From Promethearchaeota archaeon (lineage in GTDB: Archaea > Asgardarchaeota > Lokiarchaeia > Sigyniarchaeales > SOKP01): 64,000 nt of DNA. Of the stretch, positions 47,636-58,415 are shown piece by piece. Both the position numbers and the translations under genes were made by a program. The stretch spans positions 1-64,000 of the forward strand of contig JAGXNO010000011.1 of the NCBI GenBank assembly GCA_019894975.1, written 5' to 3'. Positions within the stretch are counted from its first letter, which is position 1, and each line of letters starts with the position of its first letter. Under the pieces are notes generated by a model. It did not search any database. It was not told the origin of the DNA and saw only the letters and a list, made by a program, of their open reading frames with translations.

Positions 47636-48994
47636 ATGAGTGTATATGCTGATGATGTAGTAAGTTTTACCTCAGTGTTGAAAATAGCCTATAATTTTCT
47701 AACAGGGAGAGATTATTTATTAAAGAAAAAAACTAAAGAAAAAAAGAAACTCATTTCTGTAGCTTTAGGATTTCCAGACTTAGTTTATGCCGCTGACTCT
47801 ATTCCTGTATTTCCTATAAGGATGGAGAAATTTAAAATTAATCTTTATCTCCTGGCGCTAAATACAGCAAAGAGTTTATTTGGTTGGAATATTACAACGA
47901 ATCTTTTAGGAATAGCACGTCAATTGGATTTTTTAAAAATTGTAGACTCAATAATAAATGATGTGTTGGGTACGATAAATCAAAAATACAACGAAATGTA
48001 TGATTTAGGAGTAGTAGATGAAAAACCTATGGATTTGTGCTATGGTGTAAATGCTATTTATGGCATGCATAAATCTCAATATGAAAATATAGATGCTAAC
48101 TTAAAGTTCCCAATTAGGTGTAGTGAATGGAATAGCTACTCAGAATCTCTAAAAACAATAATACCAAATCAAATTAGAGTAGATATCCCAACTTTTGAAA
48201 AAGACAACCAAGAAAAGTCTTTAGAAATCATGAGGGGAAACATTGATAAAGCAATTGTTGAGCTCGAAAATATTACAGGTAATATTGTCACAGACAATAG
48301 TTTAAAAAAACAATTCCGCATTGGAAATCAAGTTAAAAGATACTATAAAACAATTTTACATGAAATCGCTACATCTGATTTCTATCCATGTAATCCTGCA
48401 ACATTTGCAGAAATTTTAGGACTTCTTACAATTTCCTTCCAAGATTATAATTCTAATGCCCAAAGATACTTAGAGAATATGAGCCAGCTTGTAAAGGAAA
48501 TGAGAGAACGAATCAAAAAAGGCATAGGAATGGATGTATCAACAGCACCTCGTCTATTAATATCACCAATATTTAATGGCTGGGAACCCGAAACTCATGA
48601 AATTATCTATAAGTCTGGAGGGAGAGTGACTTATGCAGATTGGGATATTCTAGGACTACTAGAGGAAATCTCTGTTTCTAAAGACTCAGATCCCATTATG
48701 GACTATGCTCATTTCCTTTTAAATGCTTCAAATAAAGGAATTCACTGTTTAAAGAATTGTGATGCATTAGTTAATTCCTATTTAGAATATACTAAAAAAT
48801 GGGGTTTTAATGGTGTCATTTTTAACCAAGTTCTTGATTGTCATACAAATTATTCAAATTGTTATGAACTAATGAAAAACAAAATTAGAAACGAACTTAA
48901 AAAACCTACAGCAATTATTGAATTTAGAAAAATTGGAGAAAATATTGAAGATGTTAAAATGAAATTAACACCTTTTATGAATCTACTCCGTTAA
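47636..48994 (+). CDS. 2-hydroxyacyl-CoA dehydratase family subunit, copy 2 (paralog of 43932..45293)
   Basis: Shares IAYNFLTGRDYL, KYNEMYD, DFYPCNPATF.EIL, KGIGMDVS and GWEP.TH with copy 1. Confidence 0.8.
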   Translation: MSVYADDVVSFTSVLKIAYNFLTGRDYLLKKKTKEKKKLISVALGFPDLVYAADSIPVFPIRMEKFKINLYLLALNTAKSLFGWNITTNLLGIARQLDFLKIVDSIINDVLGTINQKYNEMYDLGVVDEKPMDLCYGVNAIYGMHKSQYENIDANLKFPIRCSEWNSYSESLKTIIPNQIRVDIPTFEKDNQEKSLEIMRGNIDKAIVELENITGNIVTDNSLKKQFRIGNQVKRYYKTILHEIATSDFYPCNPATFAEILGLLTISFQDYNSNAQRYLENMSQLVKEMRERIKKGIGMDVSTAPRLLISPIFNGWEPETHEIIYKSGGRVTYADWDILGLLEEISVSKDSDPIMDYAHFLLNASNKGIHCLKNCDALVNSYLEYTKKWGFNGVIFNQVLDCHTNYSNCYELMKNKIRNELKKPTAIIEFRKIGENIEDVKMKLTPFMNLLR

Positions 48995-49013
48995 AAATGG
49001 ATAGTATCTTCAT

Positions 49014-49583
49014 TTACATGCCAAAGAAATCTGAAGGTTTGAGTAAGTGCTGATCTTCTTCTTCCTTCTTTGCCTTTTCGTGGGGATCTACCCATCCTGA
49101 ATCTTCTTTTGCTTTAGCGGTCGTACCTGGTTCCTTGAGGCTTGTGGGTTGCACATTAATGCCCGTAGATGCAGAAATCTGTTCTGGTTGTTGTCCTACT
49201 GCTACGGGTTGGGCGGGTACATAAGTGACACCCCCAGATTTCAAAACCTTTAGTTCACTCATGACTTTCTCTAAATTCATAGTCTGTACGCTCTTATTCA
49301 TGGTATCCATTATTTCTTTTAACGATTTTGAGGTTTCTCGTAATCCTTTTGGATTAATTCCTGTAAGTAATGAATCTAAATTAGCACTTATACTTTCATT
49401 TAGTTCCTCTAGAGATTCTAATACCGTACTCCAATGTTTATTCATTTGAGATTCAATCGCACCAATCATTTTGATGGTTTCATTCATGAAATTAACATGA
49501 GCTTCGTAACGTTCCTCATCTTTAGCCCGAAGGTCAGATATGAGCATTATTAGCTTCCGTAAGGCTTCTTTCTCTTCACTCAT
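49014..49583 (-). CDS. Hypothetical protein (helical N-terminal region, low-complexity C-terminal region)
   Basis: 189-aa ORF with ATG start filling the gap between neighbours. Confidence 0.65.
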   Translation of the reverse strand: MSEEKEALRKLIMLISDLRAKDEERYEAHVNFMNETIKMIGAIESQMNKHWSTVLESLEELNESISANLDSLLTGINPKGLRETSKSLKEIMDTMNKSVQTMNLEKVMSELKVLKSGGVTYVPAQPVAVGQQPEQISASTGINVQPTSLKEPGTTAKAKEDSGWVDPHEKAKKEEEDQHLLKPSDFFGM

Positions 49584-49704
49584 TTTTTACCAAAATATTT
49601 ATTATTTTTTCTATAATAATTATGATTACAAAGAAATTTATATGTATTTATTTAGGAAATTAACGAATCCATAATAAAACTAATTTAACGAAGTTAGATT
49701 AAAT

Positions 49705-51207
49705 ATGAAAATACTAAGTGAACAGTCGGAATGGATTAAAAATCCAAAAATTTATGAAATAAATACACTTCCATGGTTGAGATCATTATCAGATATTTGT
49801 AATGCCTCTATAACTTTAGGTAACATTCCAGAAAGAATATTAAATCAGGAAATAAAACATTTTGATGCTGTTTGGCTTATGGGGGTCTGGGAAAGAAGTC
49901 CTGCAAGTAAAAGGATCGCTTCAGAACATCCTGATTTATTACGAGAATATCATAAGGCGTTAGATGATTTCAGAGAAGAAGATGTAATTGGCTCGCCTTA
50001 TGCAGTATATTACTATCATATAAATAAGGATATTGGGGGGGTAGAAGGATTAATTAAAATCCGTAACCAGCTAAAGGATAAAGGGATTCAATTAATTTTA
50101 GATTATGTTCCTAACCATGTTTCTATCGATTCTCTGTGGACTTTTGAGCCTGATCTATTTGTTCACGGTACGTTAGAAGACCTAATAAGTCAACCTAATG
50201 AGTATTTCAGTTTAGGGGACAATGTCTTTGCTCATGGAAAGGATCCAATGATGCAAGCCCCGTGGTCCGATACTATTCAAATTAACGCTTTTTCAGAAGA
50301 TGCACGCCAAAAAACGATCCATACCTTGCTCAACATAGCTGAACTCTGTGATGGAGTTCGTTGTGATATGGCGATGTTAATGACAAGTAGAATATTTAGC
50401 AAAACATGGAGTAAAAAAGCGGGAAGTCCTCCGAATAAGGATTTTTGGGAAGAAATTATCCCTGCTGTGAAATCAAAATATCCCAATTTTCTTTTTATAG
50501 CAGAGGTGTATTGGGATATGGAATTGGAACTTCAACAACAAGGATTTGACTTCTGTTATGATAAAAAATTATACGAAAAATTATTCCGTGAGGATGCAAA
50601 TTCAATTAGGGATCATTTAAAAGCTGATTGGGCTTATCAGAGTAAATTGATTAGATTCATTGAAAATCACGATGAATTGAGAGCTATAGAAAAGTTTGGA
50701 AAAGAGAAGTCAAAAGCTGCAGCTCTTATAACATTAACCTTGCCTGGAGGATATCTTATATATGAAGGACAAAACAAGGGTCATCGAATAAAATTACCTG
50801 TTCAATTAGGAAGAAATCCACTCGAAGAAACTGACAAAGATATATCTAGTTATTATCAAAATTTGATGAAAAATATCCCTGGAAGAGATTATGGGAATGG
50901 AAGTTGGTCACTTTGTGAAACCAAATCGGTAGATCCTAATGATCCTTCATATTCAAACATAATTTCTTATTTATGGTGGATTAATGATAGTTATCGACTT
51001 ATTGTGGTCAATTACAGTCCCTCTTTTTCAAAGGCTCATATAAAAATAAGTCCTTTCCATTTTGATACTTACAAGTGGACATTTACTGATTTACTCTATC
51101 AGAAATCATATAGTTATACCGGTGATAACCTATACAAGCATGGGTTATACGTTGAATTAGATGCGTGGAAGGGACATATTTTTAACATAAGAAAAGAAAG
51201 TAACTAA
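49705..51207 (+). CDS. GH13 alpha-amylase-family glycosidase
   Basis: WLMGVW, GSPYAV, LDYVPNH, DGVRCDMAM, FIAEVYW and RFIENHDE; catalytic D/E/D present. Confidence 0.92.
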   Translation: MKILSEQSEWIKNPKIYEINTLPWLRSLSDICNASITLGNIPERILNQEIKHFDAVWLMGVWERSPASKRIASEHPDLLREYHKALDDFREEDVIGSPYAVYYYHINKDIGGVEGLIKIRNQLKDKGIQLILDYVPNHVSIDSLWTFEPDLFVHGTLEDLISQPNEYFSLGDNVFAHGKDPMMQAPWSDTIQINAFSEDARQKTIHTLLNIAELCDGVRCDMAMLMTSRIFSKTWSKKAGSPPNKDFWEEIIPAVKSKYPNFLFIAEVYWDMELELQQQGFDFCYDKKLYEKLFREDANSIRDHLKADWAYQSKLIRFIENHDELRAIEKFGKEKSKAAALITLTLPGGYLIYEGQNKGHRIKLPVQLGRNPLEETDKDISSYYQNLMKNIPGRDYGNGSWSLCETKSVDPNDPSYSNIISYLWWINDSYRLIVVNYSPSFSKAHIKISPFHFDTYKWTFTDLLYQKSYSYTGDNLYKHGLYVELDAWKGHIFNIRKESN

Positions 51208-51257
51208 TGGATGAAAGAGAAAATAATATTATTAATGAGAACAAAAAGGTAACGTAA

Positions 51258-51941
51258 ATGATGGATCTTCTTAACATACTAAAAATTATTGCCGCAATTG
51301 TTTCAGTTATAATAGCCATTACTGTTGGAATAATTGAGCTACGTTTGAAACCGGATAACATGCTAAATAGATGGTTTTTCTTGTTTTTTATTTCAATATC
51401 TCTAGGTTTTCTTGCGTATACTACATATCATATAATTTTGTTTAATTCTGATATTATTATTCCTATTATGATAACAGGCCAAATATTCTTCAATTTTATC
51501 CCTATTTCCTTGGTAATGACTGTTTTTATCATAGAAAAATATGAGAAGATCGCGATGAGTTTTAGATATCTTGGAATAATGATGATCTTGTTTGGTATTA
51601 TGAGTTTCGGTTATTTTATTTGGGTTCCCACATTGGATATGACAGACTATTCAAACGGAATTGTTGATACTTCTACTCCTGACGAATGGTTTATTTTTGT
51701 AAATCTTATTAGAATCTTATTATTCGCGTTTGTCGTTTATAAATACGCTAAAATCACAAGAAGTATTGAGGAAGACACTAAGAAAAGAATACAGTGGTTC
51801 TTTGTGGGAATTATTGTTGCTATTATTGGGCTCCTTATTAATTTAGTGGGAGGAATGCTCAAATGGATACCAATGGAGATTATTGCTCTAATTGCGGTTG
51901 ATATTGGAATAGTGTTGGTATTTAAAGGTTTTTTAATGTAA
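51258..51941 (+). CDS. Stand-alone ~7-TM membrane protein (resembles HisKA_7TM-type sensor input domains)
   Basis: About 7 hydrophobic helices; K.P.N.LNRWF and KKRIQWFFVG; no kinase domain. Confidence 0.55.
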   Translation: MMDLLNILKIIAAIVSVIIAITVGIIELRLKPDNMLNRWFFLFFISISLGFLAYTTYHIILFNSDIIIPIMITGQIFFNFIPISLVMTVFIIEKYEKIAMSFRYLGIMMILFGIMSFGYFIWVPTLDMTDYSNGIVDTSTPDEWFIFVNLIRILLFAFVVYKYAKITRSIEEDTKKRIQWFFVGIIVAIIGLLINLVGGMLKWIPMEIIALIAVDIGIVLVFKGFLM

Positions 51942-52070
51942 TTGGTTTTTTTAATATTCCTTATTTCTTCTAAATAACATATAAATTACGAAATAAAGCT
52001 TTATTAATTGTCAGAAATTATTTTTACTAAAGTAATTAAGAAATATGAGTCAGAAAAGAGATATAATAAT

Positions 52071-53312
52071 ATGGTATATAGAAAAAACTCATTAATTAAC
52101 GATTTAATAGAAAAAGGAGTTAAAATACCGAATCCTTCTTCAGTTGAGATAGGCGAGGGAGTCGATATTAATCTGATATCCTCTGAGGATGTCACGATAC
52201 ACTCGGGTTGTAAAATATTTGGTAAAAGGACACTTATTATGTCAGGAGTTAAATTAGGTAGAAGGTCTCCGGTTACTATTAATAATTGTCAATTAGGGAG
52301 AAATGTTGAATTAAGAGGAGGATATTTTGAAGAATCAACATTTCTGGATTCTGTGATTATGGGTGATGGTGCCGAAGTTCGAGAAGGATGTCTTCTGGAG
52401 GAAGAAGCAAATGGTGCCCATACAGTAGGGCTTAAACAAACTATTCTTTTTCCTTTTGTTACATTAGGAAGCATTATAAATTTTTGTGACATTTTAATGG
52501 CAGGTGGGACAAGTAGAACGAATCATAGTGAAGTAGGTAGTTCATATATTCATTTTAATTACACACCTAATCAGGATAAAGCAATTGCATCTTTGGTTGG
52601 AGATGTAGCATATGGTGTTATGCTTAATCAACCTCCTATCTTCTTAGGAGGGCAAGGTGGAATAGTAGGACCAAGTCAGATTGGATATAATACAGTAATT
52701 GCAGCAGGAGTTATTTACCGAGGAGATTGTCCCCAAGGGAATAAACTTTTAATGAGTAAAGAACCTCAAAAGGAAGACATGGATTTCTATCCTGGTCTAT
52801 ATTCAGGTATTAAAAGAAGAGTCATAAATTGTATTGAATATATCGCGAATATAATCGCTCTCAGACAATGGTACTTAATTGTACGTTCTAAGTTCTATCA
52901 AGCAAATAATATGGAGAAATTGCTTTATGAGGGTGCACTTGAAAAACTTGAGATTATTTTCAATGAGAGAATTAAAAGGTTCAAACAACTAGCTAATAAG
53001 ATGGAAACATCAATAGAATTATATGAATCGATTATGGGTAATAAAGCTTCAAGAGAGTTGATAAAACAAAAAAGAGAATTATTTGAGAATATACAAAAAA
53101 TAGAGAATGGTTTTAAGGAATGTCTATCATTTTCTGGGGACAAGAAAAGAAGAGATGAGTTTTTAGAGGACATAAAAACAACTAATAAGGAGTACATCAC
53201 GGTTATAAAGAATTTAAATAGGGATAGTATAAAAGCTGGAACTTTATGGCTTCTAAGTATAGTTGAAGAAACACGAAATACTGTCTTGAAGCATCTCCCA
53301 TCTTTTAATTAA
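52071..53312 (+). CDS. GlmU-related left-handed beta-helix protein lacking a recognisable nucleotidyltransferase domain
   Basis: LIEKGVKIPNPSSVEIG, hexapeptide repeats, GLKQTILFPFVTLGS and FNYT; no LAAG motif. Start taken as ATG 52071 (track gives 52008). Confidence 0.7.
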   Translation: MVYRKNSLINDLIEKGVKIPNPSSVEIGEGVDINLISSEDVTIHSGCKIFGKRTLIMSGVKLGRRSPVTINNCQLGRNVELRGGYFEESTFLDSVIMGDGAEVREGCLLEEEANGAHTVGLKQTILFPFVTLGSIINFCDILMAGGTSRTNHSEVGSSYIHFNYTPNQDKAIASLVGDVAYGVMLNQPPIFLGGQGGIVGPSQIGYNTVIAAGVIYRGDCPQGNKLLMSKEPQKEDMDFYPGLYSGIKRRVINCIEYIANIIALRQWYLIVRSKFYQANNMEKLLYEGALEKLEIIFNERIKRFKQLANKMETSIELYESIMGNKASRELIKQKRELFENIQKIENGFKECLSFSGDKKRRDEFLEDIKTTNKEYITVIKNLNRDSIKAGTLWLLSIVEETRNTVLKHLPSFN

Positions 53313-53361
53313 AAATCATTTTTTCACTTAATATCACTGTTTTTGATTAAAATAGATAATA

Positions 53362-55212
53362 TCAATGAACAGTAACCGTTTTAGATAGATTAAGCGGTTT
53401 ATCTGGGTCTAATCCATGAAGTAAAGCGGCATAGTATGCTAATAATTGTAAAGCAGGAGTAAATGTTATTGGGCTGAAGATATTGTAGTATTTATTTCCA
53501 GGTTGGGGTATCCGAATTGATATATTACTTAAATCGGAAATATATTTATCATTCTCTACAACAAGAGAAATTATTTTGCCCCCTCGCGCTTTGAATTCCA
53601 TTACATTTCCAATTAACCGTTGGTATGTCTCATCTGGAGGAGCAATAAATATTATAGGGAATCCTTCTCTAACTAGAGATATTGGTCCGTGTTTGGCATG
53701 AGCAGCCGAGTATCCTTCTATAAAACGGCAAGCGACTTCCTTTAATTTTAATCCCCCTTCTTTAGCAGTGGCAATTGATATACCCCTTGCCAAAATGAAA
53801 AAATTTACGCTTTTTTCTAAAGTATTTACAACATCTTTAATTGAATCTACATTATTCTTTAAAAAATTTTCAATAATTTGTGGAGTTTCTTCTAAAGCTT
53901 TTTCATATTTTTCAATTTCTGATTCTAATTCAATTTTTCTTAGTTTTGCTATTTCTATTGCTATCAAGGCTAAAGTTAGTACTTGAGTATTATAAGTTTT
54001 AGTTGCTGCAACACCAATTTCTGGTCCTGCTTGAGTCACAATCACATGATCGGAATATCTGGTAAGAGAAGACCCCACTACATTTGTAATTGTTAAGATT
54101 TTTACATTTCTTTTGCTTTTTGCCCATCTAATTGCTTCAATTGTGTCTATTGTTTCACCTGATTGCGAAACCGCAATTATGACAGATTCATTTTTTAATG
54201 AATTGAACAGTTGCGTTTGAAATTCAGAACATTCAATAGCTTGAATATACTTACCTAGAAATCTTGAAATTATAAATTTTCCAGCTAAAGAAGCATAAAA
54301 AGATGTACCAGCTGCAGTTATATAAATATTTTCTGCTGACCATAATATATTTGCAAAAATTCTTAAAAGATCTTTAGAGATTTTCATTGTACGCTTCATC
54401 GCAGTTGGTTCTTCGTAAATTTCTTTTAACATAAAGTGTTCATATCCCCCTTTTTCTGCTGCATCAATACTCCAATCAATTGTTTTTAATTCTTTTTCAA
54501 TTTTTTCATTGGTTTTGAGATTAATGAATTCAACTTCCCCTGCTTTTAAGATAGCCAGTTCATCGTCATCCATTATATAACATTTCCGTGTTAACGGTAA
54601 AAAAGCAGGGATATCTGAAGCACAGTAAGTTGTTTTACCTTCAATTATACCAATAACTAGAGGGGATTCCTTCCTAGCCACAATAATTGAATCGGGGTAA
54701 TCAACATGACAAACTGCCAACGCATATGCCCCAGTTAATAATTTAAGTGTTTCAACTACGGATTCTTTGAAATCTAATCCTTCTTTCATTTTAATTTCAA
54801 TTAGATGTGGAATAACCTCGGTATCTGTATCTGATTTAAAAATATGACCTCTTTCAGATAGAGCTTTCCTTAATTCTATAAAATTCTCAATTATACCATT
54901 ATGAACAACCGCAATTTTATTAGAGCAATCTGAATGAGGATGGCTATTAATCCTAGTGGGTTTTCCATGGGTCGCCCACCGAGTGTGGGCAAGGGCAAGT
55001 TTAGAGTTATTTGGTATTTCTGCTAAATCTATTCTTTTTTGGATTTCCTCGATTTTTCCTGAATCCTTTTTGATGTACAATTTAGAATTAGAGAGAGAGA
55101 CTACTCCACATGAATCATATCCTCGATATTCTAAACGCTTAATCCCTTCAAGAACAACATTTCCAAGGGAGATATTATCTTGGTTAGTTATAACACCGAA
55201 TATACCACACAT
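53362..55212 (-). CDS. glmS: Glutamine--fructose-6-phosphate transaminase (isomerizing)
   Basis: MCGIFG, LEYRGYDS, HTRWATHG, VHNGIIEN, SQSGET, AATKT and DKPLNLSKTVTV. Confidence 0.97.
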   Translation of the reverse strand: MCGIFGVITNQDNISLGNVVLEGIKRLEYRGYDSCGVVSLSNSKLYIKKDSGKIEEIQKRIDLAEIPNNSKLALAHTRWATHGKPTRINSHPHSDCSNKIAVVHNGIIENFIELRKALSERGHIFKSDTDTEVIPHLIEIKMKEGLDFKESVVETLKLLTGAYALAVCHVDYPDSIIVARKESPLVIGIIEGKTTYCASDIPAFLPLTRKCYIMDDDELAILKAGEVEFINLKTNEKIEKELKTIDWSIDAAEKGGYEHFMLKEIYEEPTAMKRTMKISKDLLRIFANILWSAENIYITAAGTSFYASLAGKFIISRFLGKYIQAIECSEFQTQLFNSLKNESVIIAVSQSGETIDTIEAIRWAKSKRNVKILTITNVVGSSLTRYSDHVIVTQAGPEIGVAATKTYNTQVLTLALIAIEIAKLRKIELESEIEKYEKALEETPQIIENFLKNNVDSIKDVVNTLEKSVNFFILARGISIATAKEGGLKLKEVACRFIEGYSAAHAKHGPISLVREGFPIIFIAPPDETYQRLIGNVMEFKARGGKIISLVVENDKYISDLSNISIRIPQPGNKYYNIFSPITFTPALQLLAYYAALLHGLDPDKPLNLSKTVTVH

Positions 55213-55473
55213 TTAGATACTTAATTATGGAAAATATATTAATATTTCATTTATTATTTGTTAGTTCATCGTATAGTCGATTTAAAGAACAAATTTGGTA
55301 ACTATCAAAAGCGTATATTGTGTTTTATTTTTTTAAGTGAGAGGAATTCACAAGTAAGATATTTGGTATAATAAATCTTTAAATGAGTTGATATAAATTG
55401 ATAAATACATTAATTTTTATATTGAAGTAGTATTTTTTTTAGTTAAAATTTAATTTCTTAAGGATAAACTATT

Positions 55474-56430
55474 ATGACTATTAGTGTTATTATAACAAGA
55501 AACTTTGATCATATGAGTAAAGCAGCTGCTGAAATAGTGAAAAAGATTATTATACAATCATTAAAAGAAAAAAATGAATTCGTTATTGGGTTAGCCACAG
55601 GGAATTCACCTAGCGGAATGTATAAAAACTTAGCGCGGATGGCTAATTCTGGTGAATTTGACAGTTCTCGGATTCGTAGTTTTAACCTTGATGAATATGT
55701 AGGACTCCCTGGTGAAAATCCTCAACAACGAATGCTACACCCAGAGAGTTATTGTTATTTTATGATTCAAGAATTTTTTGGTCTTCTTGATAAAAAATTC
55801 ATCGAAACCTCGGTTCCTTATGGTTGTTTGATTGATCAACAACAATTAATAAATGAACTTGATGCACATCCAGAAGACTGGAGTGAATTGGGTACAGATG
55901 CAGGTAAATCGATATCAATTAAAGAAAATTCAGCCTCAGATTATTTAAGGTGGATTCAAGAATCAATATTAGAAGGATATGCTCAAAAAATTGCAGATGT
56001 GGGTGGCATTGATCTACATATAATAGGCGTTGGAGGTCGTGGTCATGTTGCTTTCCATGAATCAGGAATACCTTTTGAAGGGAGTAACGTTTTATTAGTA
56101 AAACTTGACGATAATACAGTAGAAAATGCTGTGACAGATGGTCACTTCGCAACCAAAGATAATTCCCCCAAGTATGCCATCAGTATGGGAGCTGAACTAG
56201 TATATAAAGCAAAGGAAATTTTATTGTTAGCTAATGGGGAACGTAAGGTTGAATCAGTCACTAAATCGTTGTTAAATGATCCAACTCCAGATATTCCAAT
56301 TTCTTATGGTCAGATTTATTCTAATAATGGGGGTAACTTAACTTATGTATTAGACAAAATCGCTGGTCGAGAACTCCTTGATAATAAAGAAGTACTTACA
56401 AAAAAAGGCATAAAAATTAAAGAAGTATAG
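55474..56430 (+). CDS. nagB: Glucosamine-6-phosphate deaminase family protein
   Basis: GLATGNSP, FNLDEYVGL, GGIDLHIIGVGGRGHVAFHE, AISMG and LLANGERK. Confidence 0.85.
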   Translation: MTISVIITRNFDHMSKAAAEIVKKIIIQSLKEKNEFVIGLATGNSPSGMYKNLARMANSGEFDSSRIRSFNLDEYVGLPGENPQQRMLHPESYCYFMIQEFFGLLDKKFIETSVPYGCLIDQQQLINELDAHPEDWSELGTDAGKSISIKENSASDYLRWIQESILEGYAQKIADVGGIDLHIIGVGGRGHVAFHESGIPFEGSNVLLVKLDDNTVENAVTDGHFATKDNSPKYAISMGAELVYKAKEILLLANGERKVESVTKSLLNDPTPDIPISYGQIYSNNGGNLTYVLDKIAGRELLDNKEVLTKKGIKIKEV

Positions 56431-56478
56431 TGAAATATTTTAATATCCTTTCTTATTGATTATTTAACTTTTTTTCAA

Positions 56479-57906
56479 CTAGATTAAGTTAAGTTTCTCC
56501 ATTTTTATCTTCGCTTGATCATTTACCAGTTTTGAAGATTCTAGATTAACACTTGATTCCCCAGTAAGTCTTAAATAAGGACTCGTTCCTGAACGCCTAA
56601 TAAGAATCCAACCATCGTTGTAAGCAAGTCTAACTCCGTCCATTTTGTTAATATTCGTTATTTTCTTTCCTAGAGAATCTAACGTCTCCGTCATTTCTTC
56701 AATGATTTTTTTGTTTATATCCTCTGTAAATGGAATATCAACTTTTAATGGAAACTTAGTTTCGTAAAATGGGTATTCTGGAATTTTTTTTAATATTTCT
56801 TTTAAGGGTTTTCCCGATTCCACAATCATTCTTAAGATTTTAGCGATAGTGACTATCGAATCGGGTCCAAGATGGGTACTAGGCCATATATATGTACCTG
56901 AAGTTTCTCCACCTAAGAATCCACCATGTTCTTTTATAGCAATAGCCACTTTAATATCCCCGACTTCAGTTCTCAATACTTCACATCCAAGAGGATTTAA
57001 GACATCTTCCATTAAGCTCGATGAATTAATTGCGGTGGATACCTTCATTTTCTCCTTAGGGATTTTATCTCTATATCGCTCTAAGTAATCAATTGCCATT
57101 AATGTCAAGAGACGTATTGGATCAACAATTTCTCCATTTTCATCTAAAAAAATAACTCTATCGGCATCACCATCAAGAGCAATTCCGATATCACTTTTAT
57201 CTGAAGATTTCAAAAATTTAGAAAGTTGAATTAAATTTTCTTTACTTGGTTCTGAATTGCGTCCAGGGAATTTACCATCCATTTGTGCATTAATAGTCAT
57301 AATTTTTACATTATAGGTGCTTAATAATTTGGGGACTATATCACATCCCGCTCCATTTCCTGGATCCAGTATAACATTTAATGAACTTCCATCAAACTTG
57401 ATCCTGTTGGTTACGTCTTGAATATGTATATCATTAATATCTTCGACATTAGTTACTTTTCCTACCTCATCCCAATTGATATCCACAAATTTTTTATCGT
57501 TATAGATCCTTTCAATTTCTTCTTCTTGTTCAGGTATATATCCCATTCCAGAAGGATTCCAGATTTTTAGACCGATATATTCTGGTGTATTATGTGATGC
57601 CGTAATCATAACACCACAATCTGCTTTTAAATATTTTAGCGACATTGCTAAAGTAGGAGTTGTTACTATCCCTAGAGTTTTTACATTACATCCAGTACTT
57701 ACAAGTCCAGAAATTAAAGCATATTCTATTGGTAACGCAGAAGTTCTAATGTCTTTTCCAATGACAACTGTACTTTTACTTTTTAGATATGTTCCTAATG
57801 CAAGGCCCACATCTAAAGCCATTTGAGGAGTAAACATAACGTCTGATTCACTATAATTTTGAAACACTCGACGAATACCAGAAGTGCCAAAAATAATACC
57901 TGCCAT
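56479..57906 (-). CDS. glmM: Phosphoglucosamine mutase / phosphohexomutase
   Basis: FGTSGIR, ITASHN, DGDADR, GGETSG and RSGT; lies near glmS. Confidence 0.85.
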   Translation of the reverse strand: MAGIIFGTSGIRRVFQNYSESDVMFTPQMALDVGLALGTYLKSKSTVVIGKDIRTSALPIEYALISGLVSTGCNVKTLGIVTTPTLAMSLKYLKADCGVMITASHNTPEYIGLKIWNPSGMGYIPEQEEEIERIYNDKKFVDINWDEVGKVTNVEDINDIHIQDVTNRIKFDGSSLNVILDPGNGAGCDIVPKLLSTYNVKIMTINAQMDGKFPGRNSEPSKENLIQLSKFLKSSDKSDIGIALDGDADRVIFLDENGEIVDPIRLLTLMAIDYLERYRDKIPKEKMKVSTAINSSSLMEDVLNPLGCEVLRTEVGDIKVAIAIKEHGGFLGGETSGTYIWPSTHLGPDSIVTIAKILRMIVESGKPLKEILKKIPEYPFYETKFPLKVDIPFTEDINKKIIEEMTETLDSLGKKITNINKMDGVRLAYNDGWILIRRSGTSPYLRLTGESSVNLESSKLVNDQAKIKMEKLNLI

Positions 57907-58029
57907 TATATTATCACTCTTAGGTAAATTTTATTATAAAATATTCTTAATGTAAGATAGAATAGTATAATAAAGATCTCTAATAATCTTTTCTGAATCT
58001 ACTGAGTATCTTATTAGGATAAGAATTAT

Positions 58030-58215
58030 GATCGTAGTGACAAACACAACCTTATTGAAGGATTAAAAATCGCATCCCATCCTGGTTGCCATTATAACAA
58101 ACCAAGTGAATTTTTTTAGGTTTTGATTCTTATATTTTAAGATCGAAATTGATCTGCGAGTTTCAAAGATCTCTAAGAATAATAAAGTTACTATTGCAAT
58201 GGATGGGGCTGATAA
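58030..58215 (+). pseudogene. Degraded fragment of an HdrB/CCG-domain gene
   Basis: 58057-58110 translates as EGLKIASHPGCHYNKPSE. After a frameshift in a T-run it continues LGFDS. This resembles the HdrB GLKVAxHxGCHxxKPS..LGFD motif. No intact ORF. Confidence 0.55.
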
Positions 58216-58415
58216 GGAATGACCGATAATATCACAATAAGAAGTTTGGTTGAGATTTTGTCCTCTGAACTAGTATTTTTTTCAGTAATTTTTGTTTTCA
58301 CCTTTTAAACTAAAATTTTATTTAAATTTTTTAAAGAATAGTTTATTTCATTGAAATTTAAAACTAGTCTTAAATTGTTATAAGACAATTTTTTATATTA
58401 ATATAAAAAAACAAT

